Origin: Octopus vulgaris
Lineage: Eukaryota
Length of the DNA stretch: 64,000 nt
Direction of reading: 5' to 3'
Assembly (NCBI GenBank): GCA_951406725.2
Contig: OX597815.1
Coordinates: 18,290,001 to 18,354,000, forward strand
Shown here: piece by piece, positions 1-12,967 of the stretch
Layout: every line of letters begins with the position of its first letter
Position numbering within the stretch: the stretch's first letter is position 1
Made by a program: the position numbers and the translations under genes
The notes under the pieces: model-generated
Database searches by the model: none
Seen by the model: only the letters and a program-made list of their open reading frames with translations
Told to the model about the DNA's origin: nothing

Positions 1-147
1 TTCACTGGAAAATTACCTAAATGAAGGTTATGGTAGAAACATTGATTAATAATGAGTTGAAAAATAGAACGATAGAAATTAATGTGTTCGAAGAGGAATA
101 TATTGACACTTTTAGAATGTGTAGAAAATAATAACTTCTAAAAGACA

Positions 148-191
148 TTTATATATATATGTATATATATGATTATCAATATGTCTGTATA

Positions 192-241
<50 letters not shown>

Positions 242-265
242 CATATACACATAAATGATTATCAA

Positions 266-336
<71 letters not shown>

Positions 337-345
337 TATATATGT
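148..345. repeat. compound (TA)n/(TATC)n microsatellite
   Basis: Direct reading; source of the spurious IYIY ORFs. Confidence 0.95.
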
Positions 346-351
346 ATAGTT

Positions 352-570
352 CGTTAATATCCAAACATGATAACACAAAGAGAAAACCCAACAACGCGAG
401 TACGTGGAACAAGTATAGTGTTATTGGACGCTCAGGAAAGGAAAGAAAGAAGGAGGGTTTAACGTTTCGAGCGGCGCTTTTCCTCAAAAACATAAAAAAG
501 GGAAAGATCCAAGGAGGGGAAGACGGAGGAAAAAAATCGCCAACGGTACACACGCGGTCACATTTTGAAT
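352..570 (-). mobile_element. short Penelope-like non-autonomous element with degenerate hammerhead motif
   Basis: Its first ~140 bp closely match 57800-57940; minus strand 457-491 reads GTTT TTGAGGA A AAGC GCC GCTC GAAAC GTT AAAC; flanked by TA microsatellites. Confidence 0.65.
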
Positions 571-654
571 ATATATGTATATGTATATGTATATATGTAT
601 ATATATATACATACACACACAAGTATGTATATAAGTATGTACATGTAATGCTAT

Positions 655-830
655 GGACATTATGAAAAATGACAGAAAAAAAACACAAGAGTAATAAGAT
701 TTAAAAAATACTGTATTAGTTTAATGCTTAAGTTGAACGGAAAGAACCATAACGTTTCGACTGTTAGTCCTTCATCTGAAAGATAGAAGTATACAGAAAA
801 TGAGATAGAAGAAAATTCAGTGTGATATAG
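655..830 (-). mobile_element. short Penelope-like element with degenerate hammerhead motif
   Basis: Minus strand 751-778: CAGATGA AG GACT AAC AGTC GAAAC GTT; same layout as the 352-570 element; lies between microsatellites. Confidence 0.5.
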
Positions 831-964
831 AAGCACACACACACACAACACACACACACACAGACACAAACACATACACTCACACACACTAATATACACA
901 CACACACACACACTCATATACCAGAGAAAAACATATACATGCGTAACACCTACACCAGATAAGT

Positions 965-1309
965 TAGCCTTCAACTAACACTATCTCCTCCGAGACCCTG
1001 CGGCGCAAGTTGACCAAAATTGAGAGTATGATAGAAGACGGCTTGCTCTTCCTTCCGTAGAAGAAAAAATTCAATTCGGCCATGTTAACATCAAAAATTA
1101 TTTACATCAAAAAGGTGCTTTTTTTCTATGAAAATCCTTATTTTATACGATTTTTTTACTACTGTGTCGCCATTTTTCGGTGTTTTTCAACCAGAAAAAT
1201 GTTCACATAAAGAGAATAACAAGCTACATAATGCAAAATTTTTACTTTTCAAAGATTCCAATTCTAAAGGGTCGAAACAAACCCGAGCAACGCCGGGCTA
1301 TACTGCTAG
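965..1309 (+). mobile_element. non-autonomous Helitron, 5' end not seen
   Basis: Ends ACCCGAGCAACGCCGGGCTATACTG-CTAG|T (GC hairpin then CTAG), the same terminus as the 17542 and 21347 copies; different internal sequence. Confidence 0.75.
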
Positions 1310-1477
1310 TATACTATTATTACGCTCATTTCATTCCAATGGTGAATTCGAAAACGTCATGAAACGTTAATGTACCTAGGAACGCTCTTGTTTTCAACTC
1401 AACGCAGCTGAACAATAAGAAAATATGAAAAATTTTTAACAAAAGATTTTGAATCCAAAAACAGGTGTGTCTTCAAT

Positions 1478-1480
<3 letters not shown>

Positions 1481-1530
<50 letters not shown>
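1481..1530. repeat. (CA)n microsatellite
   Basis: Direct reading. Confidence 0.95.
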
Positions 1531-1534
<4 letters not shown>

Positions 1535-2575
1535 ATATACATATATGCTCAAGCACCAAGTATTAGAAAATCTGACGTAAATTTAATGCAGTTAGCTTAC
1601 ATTTCATAGCATCTTCCGTCAGGGAAAATAAACATATATAATGCCTCTTATTGTATTGTTCTCACAGAGAAAAATAAGAATAATCCTGTATTTGTGTGTG
1701 CAAGAAGAACAACAAGATGTATTTACATTTGTTTACCTCCCATGGCATAGACATAATATAAGATAAGCTACCTGTATCACACACACACACACGCATACAC
1801 TCATATACATTATTTCATACGTGAAAGTGAGGAACACTTGATATAATGAATATAGAATAAATCTATATAATGTTACATTTATACAATATCGTCAATTCAT
1901 ATTACTGATGGCTTCTAAGATTTAAAAAAAAAATGTTTGAGTATTTGTCGACATGTATTGACGCCCACAGTCTGCTTCTCAAAAGAACAATTTACACGAG
2001 CCTCTAATAACTAGCCGTTCTATTTTTGCTTTGGGCATTCTGGGGGAAATCTTTTCCTCTATTTGTTAACCTTAAACCACAAATTATAGCCAAGCAGAGA
2101 AAATTTGTGAATAAATCTGTTTTAACTCCTTTGACAGTTGCTCTGACTTGCATTGAAATTACTTTGGAAACTTCAGAATAAATGAATGAATAAATAAATG
2201 ATTGATGAAGTCTACACTGAAAGCTGTTATAACAAAAGGACAGAAGGATAAAGAAGGAAGAGAGAAATGATGAAAAGAATATGACGAGCGAGCCCCACCA
2301 TTGAAAAATCTGGATTTCTGCAATCGTTTCTTATAGCTGTATAAATGTAATATTCTTAAACAGCGTGTGTCCGGTAGCGTAGTGTGAATCATCGGCGCAT
2401 ACTTTTTACTGAATGTTTCCGATTATGTACTTACGTGTATTCCTGTTGCGGGCAAGAAGTCTCTGAGGAGTGTGTGATTGTATTATTGTATAAGATACAC
2501 AATTATACAACACACACACAGACACAGGCACACACACACAGACACAGACACAGACACACAAATACACAGACACAG

Positions 2576-2630
<55 letters not shown>

Positions 2631-4009
2631 TACAAAAGCGGACATGTATAGAGTTACATAAACATAGTAAATGTATATATAAGGTATGTTTATATATGAT
2701 GCATATCTGTGTATATGTGCATGTGCAAAGTGGAGCAAAGTGGAGACCCACACATTGCATCATCTTAGCAGCAGAGAAACTCACAAGATGGCTTCGGATA
2801 GAGAGAGAGAAAACAAGTGGTTTCTTGTTACAAGAGATGCTAGTTGAGATTTGGCCAATCCCCTCTGGATCAACTGCACATGGGTCTGATATTGAAAGAC
2901 CGGAAAATCCCTCAAGACATAAGAAACATCGCAGATGATGCATTCTAGAATATCATTGAGATATATCTTAGAACTATGTGCACGTATCGGTACAGATATT
3001 TTCCAAAATCTTAGTAAATGTTCATATAATGGTATGTTCTCCGAGTGTATGATGCTTATAGACTTTGAGTATATATATTATAACACTCACAAAGAAACAC
3101 AATCTCTCACACACAGCATAGTTAATGGTTTATTAGACTACATCGGTAACAGTCGACATCTATTGTAAAATACTTGGTGGGAGGAACATCACTCTGAACA
3201 AATATATTTTATGAAGTATTTTCTCTCCGAGTTTATGATATATTGTGAAATTTTACTTTAATTGCATCTTGTCAGCAACGTAGTCCGTCAATTTTTTAAA
3301 CATGAAGAAAGATGCACTCAACTACTGAACGGTGATCGGATTCAGGAAACTATTTACAATTAAGATGAAACGATACATCTTTTAGAAATAATTGTCACTG
3401 TAGGAGTGGAGAAAAATAACACACATATAGACACAGTATTCAACTCTCAAATCTTTAATGTTTTACCGGAAGCTATACTATAAATCAGCGTTTAATGAAT
3501 AAAAAAAGTACTAAACAAAACAGAAGAAAAACTCATCATCCTATTCTCATAAATTCTCAATCTTCCAAAAAGCTATAAAACAAAAACACTGGGATTTCTA
3601 ATTATATTTCGTTCAAGAAGTTCTCCCGAGCTATTTGATAATCTCTTATTTTATTATAAACTTTCAAACTGCCAGTGAGATGTTAATCTCTTGTATAGGT
3701 ATGGAAAGAAAAAAAACTTGGTAAACAAATTAATCTATCTTTAGATTGCTTTAAAAAAATCATCTCTGCTTAATATATAGCTTGAAGTAAGTTCATGGGA
3801 AAGATTATATGTTGTATATATGGAAGGGTCTAGGTTTTACTTCCTCTTTCAACAGTAATGTAAACAGATTCGGTGTTACTCGGTATTGTCAATATGATGT
3901 TGATTTTAACAAAGGGCTACTTACTGTTGGCACAACCAACGTTGGGTATGGTAGAGGAATCTTCATATAGATTACAATTATGTTTGCAAATTGTTTCTTG
4001 ACGTATTTC

Positions 4010-4400
4010 CAGTCTTATTAATTACGTTCTAATAGTTGCTCTATTAAGCGATAGTTGGCCTATAGTGTAACTCAAGATATATTGCCAGTAAAGTTATAGA
4101 TTGGCCTATAATTTGTCTTTTAATAGTTTTAGTATAAAATTATTGGTCACCTGCACATCGTTATAATAAAAGGTATAAATTATGTAAATCTGTAGTTGGT
4201 CGATAAATTTTCTCTTGATAAATTGCGTATAAAATTGCAGATTAAGCTATAAATTTTCTTTTGAAAGTTCTCCTATGATTCTACAGTTGTCATACAAATT
4301 GTCTTCTAATAATTTGCCTATAAAAGTATGCAACTGACTGATAAAATGTCCTTTGTTAGAATCTCCTTATATAAATCTACAGGTGGTCTATCAACTTTCT
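4010..4400. repeat. degenerate ~45-49 bp minisatellite, about 8 units
   Basis: Recurring unit like RYAGTTGGYCTATAAATTKTCTTTTRATARTTTKCSTATAAAWT starting near 4051, 4097, 4192, 4238, 4283, 4330, 4379. Confidence 0.6.
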
Positions 4401-4744
4401 TCTAATAAAGCACCATGTAACTCCAGGTGACCCATAAAACTATACATACATACAAACATACATACAAGCGTCGAAGTGCATCCCTTGACCAAATTTGCTT
4501 ACATGAGGCTGGTAACATCATAAAACTTGGAAGGCAGCTCCTTGAGCAACACTCTTTATCTTGTAACCTAGAATATATGCCCCCAAAATTTGCAAACATA
4601 CCACAACGTATCATCAGAGGATAGGATGAGCCTATATGAGCAGAAGACTATACATTGATATGTTAGTAGAAAGCTCCGTGATGATAGTAACATCGATCAT
4701 CAAAGCAGTTTATCACGGACCAATAGCCAGATTTACTATCTTCC

Positions 4745-5445
4745 ACTTTGAAGGGCATGGGTTTGCAATCCAGGAACAGGAAATATCAACCAAGTACCTG
4801 ATGCACAAAAGAGATAGAGATTCAGGAAAAGCCATAAAATGCGACAACCGGTGCAGACTTTGTGGAGTTTACACTGAAGATATCATCCACATCATAAGCA
4901 GTTGTCCGAAAATGTCATCACGATATTATCTACCGACGAGACATTACGTTGTATCTAGGACATTTTATAATGTAATCAGGGTGGATGGATAATCCCGAGG
5001 ACAAAAAAATAAGAACCCACAATATGGTAGAAGCCTTAGCCACTCAATAAAAAGGAATACTGGTGGAATGCAACAGTGAAAACCTCAATAAAATGTAAGC
5101 ACAACATACCTGATATAATGATTTAGGATAGAGATGGGAAACTGTGCGCAGTTGTGGAGACCAGCTGCCCAGCAGATGTTAACATAAAGCTGAAGATCAG
5201 TGAAAAAGAGAACATCTATGCTGAACTATTCAGAGATCTTCAGTTAAACTATCCAGATTACAAGTTCAAGTTTATACCTGTAACTATTGAGACCCCGGGA
5301 TATGTAACACATTGCTAAAATACCAACCTTGAGAAATTAAGCCTCTGAAAATCAGAAAGGAAAAAGCTAATTCGAAGACTATAGATCCAATCCATCACTG
5401 GAACTTTAAAAATCTGTGAGACTTTTCAGAATGTTATCATTTAGA
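4745..5445 (+). mobile_element. R4/Dong-type non-LTR retrotransposon 3' remnant (CCHC knuckle + restriction-like endonuclease), pseudogenised
   Basis: FAIQEQEISTKY..CRLCGVYTEDIIHIISSC..RH, then HNIPDIMI..VVETSCP..EKENIYAEL; stops and frameshifts. Confidence 0.85.
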
Positions 5446-5667
5446 TATATATGAGCATGTCTAGATATGCAGGTACATGCATGAGAATGTATACATATAA
5501 CATACAAATATGCACATACATATATACATACATACATACATACATACATGTATGCATGCATACATACATGCAAACATACATACATGCATACATACTTGTA
5601 TAATGCATGCATGCATACATGCATATATACATACACACACACATATATATATATATCTTGTATTTAA

Positions 5668-5830
5668 GAATGGTCATGTTACCAGTTTAGCCAATAAAAA
5701 TGCACGCACTATATATTTGGTGTTAATTTGCTTCAGCTTTATTTTATTTTTTACATTAATCGTATTTCGGCCAGAGTTCTTTCGTCACACTTCTATGACC
5801 ACATCAGTGGTCCTTTGATTTCTTCTTTCT
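5668..5830 (-). mobile_element. putative Penelope-like terminal fragment with hammerhead-like remnant
   Basis: Minus strand 5764-5807: CTGATGT GGTCA..TGGCC GAAAT; adjacent to TA/CATA microsatellite. Confidence 0.35.
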
Positions 5831-6134
5831 TATTTGTGTGTCTTTCCTTACAAACGATCAGCCATTTTGTATTTTGTATTCCTATTGTATGTGTCTTTAT
5901 TCTTTATTTGCGCATGCGTATACCCCTATGTGAATCTATGTTTAGTAAGTGCATGTGTGTGTGGGGGAGTGCCAGTATTATCTGTATTCTCTATTTATAT
6001 ATGTTCGTTTAATTTGCATTTATTTATTTTGTTCATGCGTTTATACCTACTTATGTTTTTATTCTTTCTTTAGTTTTGTATTTAATTTAATAAAATTTTG
6101 TAAACGTATATAGTTATTTACTTCCATTTGTTTA

Positions 6135-6181
<47 letters not shown>

Positions 6182-7184
6182 GTTTGGAATCACACACGTT
6201 TGGAACGGATCTTCAACACAAGCAATCTATTATATTTTTTATTGGATTTTTTCCTTGTGTGTAATTCTTTACAAGCTTGTCGTGAAGAGTAAATGACCAC
6301 AAAAAAGAAACAATGTGAGTGGTGACGGAGTGCTTTATTCCTTTCAGATGTATACGTGCACATAAGTGTCTGTGTGTGTGTGTGTGTGTAGGTTTGTGCA
6401 TCGGTGAAAGTATGTATATCTGTTTGAGCCAACGTGTGGGTCAGTATATGCGCATGTGTATATCTGTGTGGATATCATATTTGTATGTAAATATTTATGT
6501 ACGTATGCACGTCTATATATGGATGACATATTTCATTTTCACATTCGAGGAAAAACATACAAAATTTATTTTGTTAAAATGTTATGAATTGTGAAGATTT
6601 ATAATATATAAATGCCAGTAAATGTGTAGGCGTATTCTTCATCTTAATTTTCATTTGAATGTAACATTCTATGGAAGCCTTCGGCATGTGCTATCTCTCT
6701 TTCTCTTCTCTCTTCTCTCTTCTCTCTCTCTCTTCTTTGAAGTGATAAAATAACTTCAAAGAATACATATATTGATGATCAAATGGTTAATCGTCTGCAT
6801 TCCAGTGTCTGTACGTTTTTGTAACCATGACAAGGTATCGTAGCAATCAGTAATCCAGCCCACCTAGCTGTAAGCAACATAGTCTATTTACAGTTGAGTA
6901 GAGTTACATTAGCTAATGCTGAGACGAAGTTCTTTCTTGATAACCTGCGTGGAAAGGACATTTTGCTTTTTATCAAGTGAGATAGCTCTCGAGGTGTCAC
7001 TGTCGATCACACTGTTAAAATTGCTTTAAAATTCAGCTATTGAACCGCATTTTCTATCCGTGCGCACAAATGAAAAATACCAACCAAATAAACTTCAGGA
7101 ATTTATCAAATTTTTTTTTAGACAACAAATATATCTATCAAGAAAGACCTACCAAAAACTGAGCAAATATATAGAGATTTTCTT

Positions 7185-7313
7185 TTCTAGGCCCGAAATT
7201 TTTTTGGAGTGGGGGACCAGTCGATTAGATCGACTGCAGTACGCAACTGGTACTTAATTTATCGACCCTGAAAGGATGAAAAGCAAAGTTGACCTCGGCG
7301 GAATTTGAGCTTA
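7185..7313 (-). mobile_element. SINE family A, partial copy lacking the head
   Basis: CTGGTACTTAATTTATCGACCCTGAAAGGATGAAAAGCAAAGTTGACCTCGGCGGAATTTGA matches the family body. Confidence 0.8.
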
Positions 7314-7314
7314 G

Positions 7315-7350
7315 ATGATGATGATGATGATGATGATGACGATGATGATG

Positions 7351-7386
<36 letters not shown>

Positions 7387-7397
7387 TTAATAATAAT
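7315..7397. repeat. (GAT)n(AAT)n microsatellite
   Basis: Direct reading. Confidence 0.95.
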
Positions 7398-7418
7398 AGA
7401 AAATAATTAAACTGGAAA

Positions 7419-7665
7419 GACAGACGAAATATCTGTTTCTTTATTACCCACAAGGGGCTAAACATAGAGGGGACAAACAAGGACAGACAAAGGGATTAAG
7501 TCGATTATATCGACCCCAGTGCGTAACTGGTACTTATTTTATCGACCCCGAAAGGAGGTAAAGCAAAGTAGACCACGGCGAAATTTGAACTCAGAACGTA
7601 AAGACAGACCAAATATCACTGAGCATTTCGCCCGGCGTGCTAACGTTTCTGCCAGCTCGCCGCCT
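7419..7665 (-). mobile_element. tRNA-derived SINE family A
   Basis: Head GGCGGCGAGCTGGCAGAAACGTTAGCAC with B-box-like GAGTTCAAAT on the minus strand; matches many copies in the window. Confidence 0.9.
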
Positions 7666-8165
7666 AGCAAATATAAAGATATAGTAATAGAAATTGTAAA
7701 AATGATGCACCTGAAGACTAGAACAATATCTGTTGTGATAGGCGCTCTAGGAATGATAGTAAAAGGGGCTGATCGTTCTCTATTTCAGATGCCAGAAAAT
7801 CAAAAATGGAAGAAATTAAAAAAATAGTGCTCATGGAAACTACTCATATTCTATGAAAAATATCGCTTATGTGATTCGGAAAACATTTTGATTTGTATAC
7901 ATTATCAAAAGTACTTTTAAATGTACAAAATGATAAATATCTCTTAGTGTAATCTTAAGATCACACTATCATTTTACCATCAAACAACTTTTAAATTTTC
8001 TTATGTTTTGACAGGTACTCTCTGGAACAATACTCTGTGCAAAACCAAATATATGGTAACCTAGTCTTAATACCAACATGAACTTCTAACTTGTTGTTTC
8101 TTGAGGTCTCTGGGTGAGAATTGGAGTGAACTTTGTACAAATACAAAGCAAAAGTCAAACATATA
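7666..8165 (+). mobile_element. R4/Dong-type LINE extreme 3' fragment plus probable 3' UTR
   Basis: KYKDIVIEIVKMMHLKTRTISVVIGALGMI..IVLMETTHIL; runs into a (TAC)n tract. Confidence 0.75.
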
Positions 8166-8171
8166 CTACTA

Positions 8172-8229
<58 letters not shown>

Positions 8230-8240
8230 AACAACAACTA

Positions 8241-8272
<32 letters not shown>

Positions 8273-8275
8273 ACT

Positions 8276-8323
<48 letters not shown>

Positions 8324-8330
8324 TTACTAT

Positions 8331-8398
<68 letters not shown>

Positions 8399-8399
8399 T
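8163..8399. repeat. (TAC)n microsatellite with AAC/TGC variants
   Basis: Direct reading. Confidence 0.95.
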
Positions 8400-8439
8400 A
8401 ATGTGCTATATAGTTAATGTTGTATGCCACTTTGGCAAA

Positions 8440-8922
8440 ACCTTTGATAAAGTGGACGAAAAGGGGTAGGCAGAAATCCTCTGCGACTTTGACTTTCAGG
8501 CAGACAAGGTTTTAGAGCACCGAAGGCCGGATATAGTAACCTTTAGGAGGGACAAGCAAGCATGCCTAATAATTGACGTGACAGTGGAAGGAGAGGAACA
8601 TATCATTATGGAAGAAAGAAAAATGGTTGATAAATATGGAGACTTGAGAATTGGGATCGCTAAGATGTGGCAAATGTTATCCCTATTGTCATCTGTGTTA
8701 AGGGTTCAATACCATCCAATCTGAAGAAAAACATCTGAAAACCTTAGAAACACCGAACAATCGTGATGTTTTGCAGAAGTCGGCATTACTTGGAACAGCA
8801 CACACACTGCGTAAAGTACTGTCTGTCTCAGGTCTTTGTTGTGACTTGACGAAAGTACAAACCCCTGGTAGACACAATATGTTCAGTCGACAACGTCACA
8901 ATATTGTATACTGTGTGACATC

Positions 8923-8995
<73 letters not shown>
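8440..8995 (+). mobile_element. R4/Dong-type LINE 3' fragment with (AAT)n tail
   Basis: ILCDFDFQADKVLEHRRPDIV..CLIIDVTV..KYGDLRIGIAKMW..LQKSALLGTAHTLRKVL, then (AAT)n at 8925-8995. Confidence 0.85.
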
Positions 8996-8997
<2 letters not shown>

Positions 8998-8998
<1 letters not shown>

Positions 8999-9552
8999 GC
9001 CCTGATGCAGCACCAGGCAGTGATTCTCATGGCTCCTGATCTTAACTTAATGGAAGTGTTATCATGTACATTGTTTTGTCTTGGTATAAAAGATGGGCTA
9101 CAGCAAATATTCTGCTCAATACCACAGATTTGCTTGTCAGTTGTTTGACCTTAACCAGTTGAGCATGTCCCTTAGTGGCTGACGATATGTGCATCTCTGA
9201 TCACGAGCAGAAGTAGTGGGGGAGCATCATAGCCATGTGTTGAGAGAGATTCTTTGGGGTTTGAATAGTTCACCTCTGGAAACATGGGTGGTTCTTTCAA
9301 CATCCTTAAACAACCCTTATTCAGGGACCGTTTGAGCGGGATGGGCTACTCAACCTGAAGAAAATTCTAACTGGGCCCCACCTGCAAGGTCATGTGCTGT
9401 TTATCTTGATATGAGATCACCATGTCGCGCACATATGGTTGTGATACATGTGCCTGGTGTACCTTTATCAGACGGGTAGTCATGATGGGTATATTGGGCT
9501 TCGTATATTTTACCCCAGTGTCACTTTGATGGCATGAACTACTCTCTCACTC
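8998..9552 (+). mobile_element. unclassified ~555 bp non-coding element between (AAT)n tracts
   Basis: Sharp shift to higher GC, bounded by (AAT)n on both sides, no convincing ORF; strand inferred from the tail. Confidence 0.5.
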
Positions 9553-9574
9553 AATAATAATAATAATAACAAAA

Positions 9575-11000
9575 ATAGAAAATAATTAAACTGGAAAAAT
9601 ATGACAATAAAATAAAACGATTCAGGCAAAACAGATTGTTTGAAGCAAATCAGAAGAAACTGTTTCAGGAACTTGATGGGCAATTACGCGTAACAATGAA
9701 AGTAGATAAAGAGGAAAGCAGGTAATTTTGGAGAGGGATATGGAACCAACCTGTAGAGCATAATGATGAAGCGGAGTGGCTGCATGAAATCCAAGATGGG
9801 TTGAGAAATATAGAAGGCCAAGAAGACATAAAAATTATAAGAAATTATAAGAAAATTATAAGAAAGTTCCCAGATTGGAAGAGCCCAGGACCGGCTGGGG
9901 TTCAAGGTTATTGGACGAAGAATCTGAGAGGGATTCATGAAAGGACAGCGAAGCAGCTAGATGAGGGCTTGTAAGAAGGCGCAGTACCCAGCTGAATGAC
10001 AAAGGGGAAGATATTATGTGTCAAGGATCCTGAAAAGGGAAATGTTGTATCCAGCTTTCGTCCAATAACGTGTCTTTCACTAATGTGGAAACTAATGTCA
10101 GGTGCTTTGGCTGGTGAACTGCATAAATGCTTAGAAAAATGTGGGCTGCTAACTATTGAACAGAAAGGGTGCTGAGAGAAGAGCCGGGTAACGAAGGATC
10201 AGCTCTTAATCGATATCACAAACTGTAAGAGAAGACACACAAACCGGAGTATGGCATGAGTTGTCTATCCAAAAGCATACGATATGATACCACATATGTA
10301 TGGAGTAGCAGAAAACATGAGAAGCCTTATATGGAACAGTATGAAATAGTGGAGAACGGAATTGGCATCAGGGAGTCAAGTATTAGGGGAGGAATATTCC
10401 AGGGGATCAGTGTGTCCTCACTGATCTTTGTGCTGGGAATGATCCCCTTGAGGGAAATACTACAGAAAACAAAGTTGAGGTATGACCTGGGAAGAGGTAA
10501 AGGAAAACTGAACTACTTGCTATTCATGGACGATTTTTGAAGTTGCTCACAAAAAGTGAGGCAAAACTGGACAGCCTCGCACAGTCTGTGCGGATTTTCT
10601 CCAATGATATTAGGATGGAGTTTCGGCTACGATGGTGACGAAACGAGGAAAGCTTGTCAGGACAGAAGGCATAGGTTTGGTAAGTGGTGAGATGATGAAG
10701 GCAATTCAACCTCAATCCAGCTATAAATACCTGGGGATACTTGAGGCAGATGGAATCAAACACATCAACATGAAGGAAAAATCCAAAAAAGAGTACCAAC
10801 GGCGAGTGAGAAAAATACTGGATTCCAACCTGAATGCAAGAAACATAATTTCAGCAATAAACTCGCGCACAGTCGCAGTAATTCGGTATGGTGCTGGAAT
10901 CCTAAAGTGGATAGACGAGGAGTTAAAGGAGATAAACAGGGAGTCAAGAAAGCTCTTAACGATGCATGGAGCCTATCATCTACGTACAGACACGCTTAGA
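9575..11000 (+). pseudogene. R4/Dong-type LINE reverse transcriptase remnant
   Basis: RFRQNRLF, WKSPGP, FRPITCL, EQKGC..TKDQLLID, GIFQG, YLLFMDD, YKYLGILE, AINSRTVAVIRYGAGILKW across several frameshifts. Confidence 0.9.
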
Positions 11001-12009
11001 AATATTGATTTGGCTACTATAGGAAAATGAGAGCACTGTGAATTACTTAGTATCTGTGCGCGTAATGTTACATAATTAAGTCGACCTTTCCTTTGGCAAC
11101 TGCTATTTTCTTTGTCAAATAACAGATACGACAGGTTCACAAATAAAGATCGGTACGTTCATTCACGCATACGAAATCTTGTTCTCATTTCTGACACGCT
11201 GAATTCAGTGTCTTTACTCAAAGCTTTTCGTAATAGCAATAATTGTCAGTTTTTAAACTGACAATTCATTAACGCTACTAAATTTTTACACCAAATGTAA
11301 TGAGAAATATGTTAAAGCATTTTATCAACGTCGCACCGACACTTCTAGTAACATAGTTACACTATTTTAATTTGTTTTCTCATTTTCTTTACTTAGTTAC
11401 TTAGCACATATTTTATCATCTTTATTATTTATTACATTTTCGAGTTCCGTCTTTCCTTTTTAGAATTTTTATACATTACACCTTTGACTAAAGTTATTGG
11501 TGGCGTTGTTACAAACCACTGAGGTCTGCCTGACAATTCTCTGACCTGATTGTTGCTTCCTTTTCTGTTTTTCTTTAATGCCCTACAAATATTTTATTCA
11601 ATTATATAAGTTGAAAACAAAGAATTCAGGGGAAAAAAACCCCATAGATTTTAGGAAATGAAAGGTAGAAAGCGAGAGAAAATAAGAGGTAGGAAATAAG
11701 AGAAAATAAGAAAGAGTTGTGAAAATAAAGAATATAGGATAGGAAAAATAAATTAGATAATGGAAATTAGAGATTGCAAAAGAAGTGAAAACGAGTCAAT
11801 GAGTGAAGAGCTTTGCATAAAGTGAAAATCATCGAAAAGCGAATTTTAGATTTCGTTTGTATGATGTAATATTTATGAATAATGAGTTTTCATTAGGCTA
11901 TTTATCAGTAATCATTTCTACTATTTTCTGTGGCGTTATGTGACATCAAAAGAAGGCAGATACGTTACGTGGTTGCAGAATTTATACAGTTCCCCCTTGA
12001 AGATATTAT

Positions 12010-12415
12010 TGCCGTTTAGTATCTGGTCGGTCCTGATCGAGCGAGCCTAAAACCGAAGACGTTCCAGCTGTGACCATTCTGTTTCTTTATATTTCTAAGA
12101 CTGTTTCATTACTTTTAAGATTGTACAGAGTAATTTGACAGAGATTTGGCTGCTATTTTTAACAAATAGATTGACCACTTAGAAAATTCCTTGTTCTGCT
12201 TAACTTGAATGTGTTGTGATTGAACAAGATCTATGATCAAAGACGTTCCTGATATGACCAATCTGAATTTTTTGTATGTATAGTGTACTCGGATTGCATT
12301 TCCGGCTGTGTCCTTTTCTCTTAAGATGGTAGAATTTGATTTGAAGGAGATTTGTTTCCCGTTTCTAGCAGGTCAGGTCAGTCAGGTGATCACTTAGAAA
12401 CTATTCGTTGGCGGT
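12010..12415 (-). mobile_element. two tandem copies of an ancient diverged ~200 bp repeat (family D)
   Basis: Shared motifs CTATGATCAAAGACGTTCCAGCTGTGACCAT and GAGATTTGGCTGCTATTT; similar at 13140-13320, 26020-26250, 34340-34540, 42970-43170, 52860-52990; strand convention arbitrary. Confidence 0.6.
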
Positions 12416-12577
12416 GTTAATAGCAGATCAACCATCGATACTGGAAAAGAAAGTAAAGAACCTCTAAAGTGTCAGAGGTCAATTGGCTGTAGTTATTATT
12501 TTTGTGAAGCTGTCTGTTGCCAAATTGATTTAGCTTTTCAATGGCAAGAAGACGTATCTGTTTCCAGTGAAATGAAT

Positions 12578-12967
12578 GGTGGAAGCACTCCGTCGGTTAC
12601 GACGAGGAGCGTTCCGGTTGATCCGAATCAACGGAACAGCCTGCTCGTGAAATTAACGTGTAAGTGGCTGAGCACTCCGCAGACACGTGTACCCTTAACG
12701 TAGTTCTCGGGGATATTCAGCGTGACACAGAGAGTGACAAGGCCGGCCCTTTGAAATACAGGTACAACAGAAACAGGAAGTAAGAGTGAGAGAAAGTTGT
12801 GGTGAAAGAGTACAGCAGGGATCACCACCATCCCCTGCCGGAGCCTCGTGGAGGTGTTTTAGGTGTTTTCGCTCAATAAACACTCACAACGCCCGGTCTG
12901 GGAATCGAAACCGCGATCCTATGACCGCGAGTCCGCTGCTCTAACCACTGGGCCATTGCGCCTCCAC
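12578..12967 (-). mobile_element. tRNA-derived SINE family C, full length
   Basis: Minus-strand head GGAGGCGCAATGGCCCAGTGGTTAG..GGTTTCGATTCCC (A and B boxes); TSD GTGAAATGAAT at 12567 and 12969; near-identical to 59621-60003. Confidence 0.92.

Noticed and set aside
2725-2940. Non-repetitive tail of ORF 2384-2938 as a host exon
   Set aside because: No recognisable domain or splice support; may be a decayed LINE scrap
12880-12967. tRNA gene-like sequences (also near 32470-32547, 45650-45723, 59930-60003)
   Set aside because: They are SINE heads attached to SINE bodies, mostly with TSDs; no complete cloverleaf
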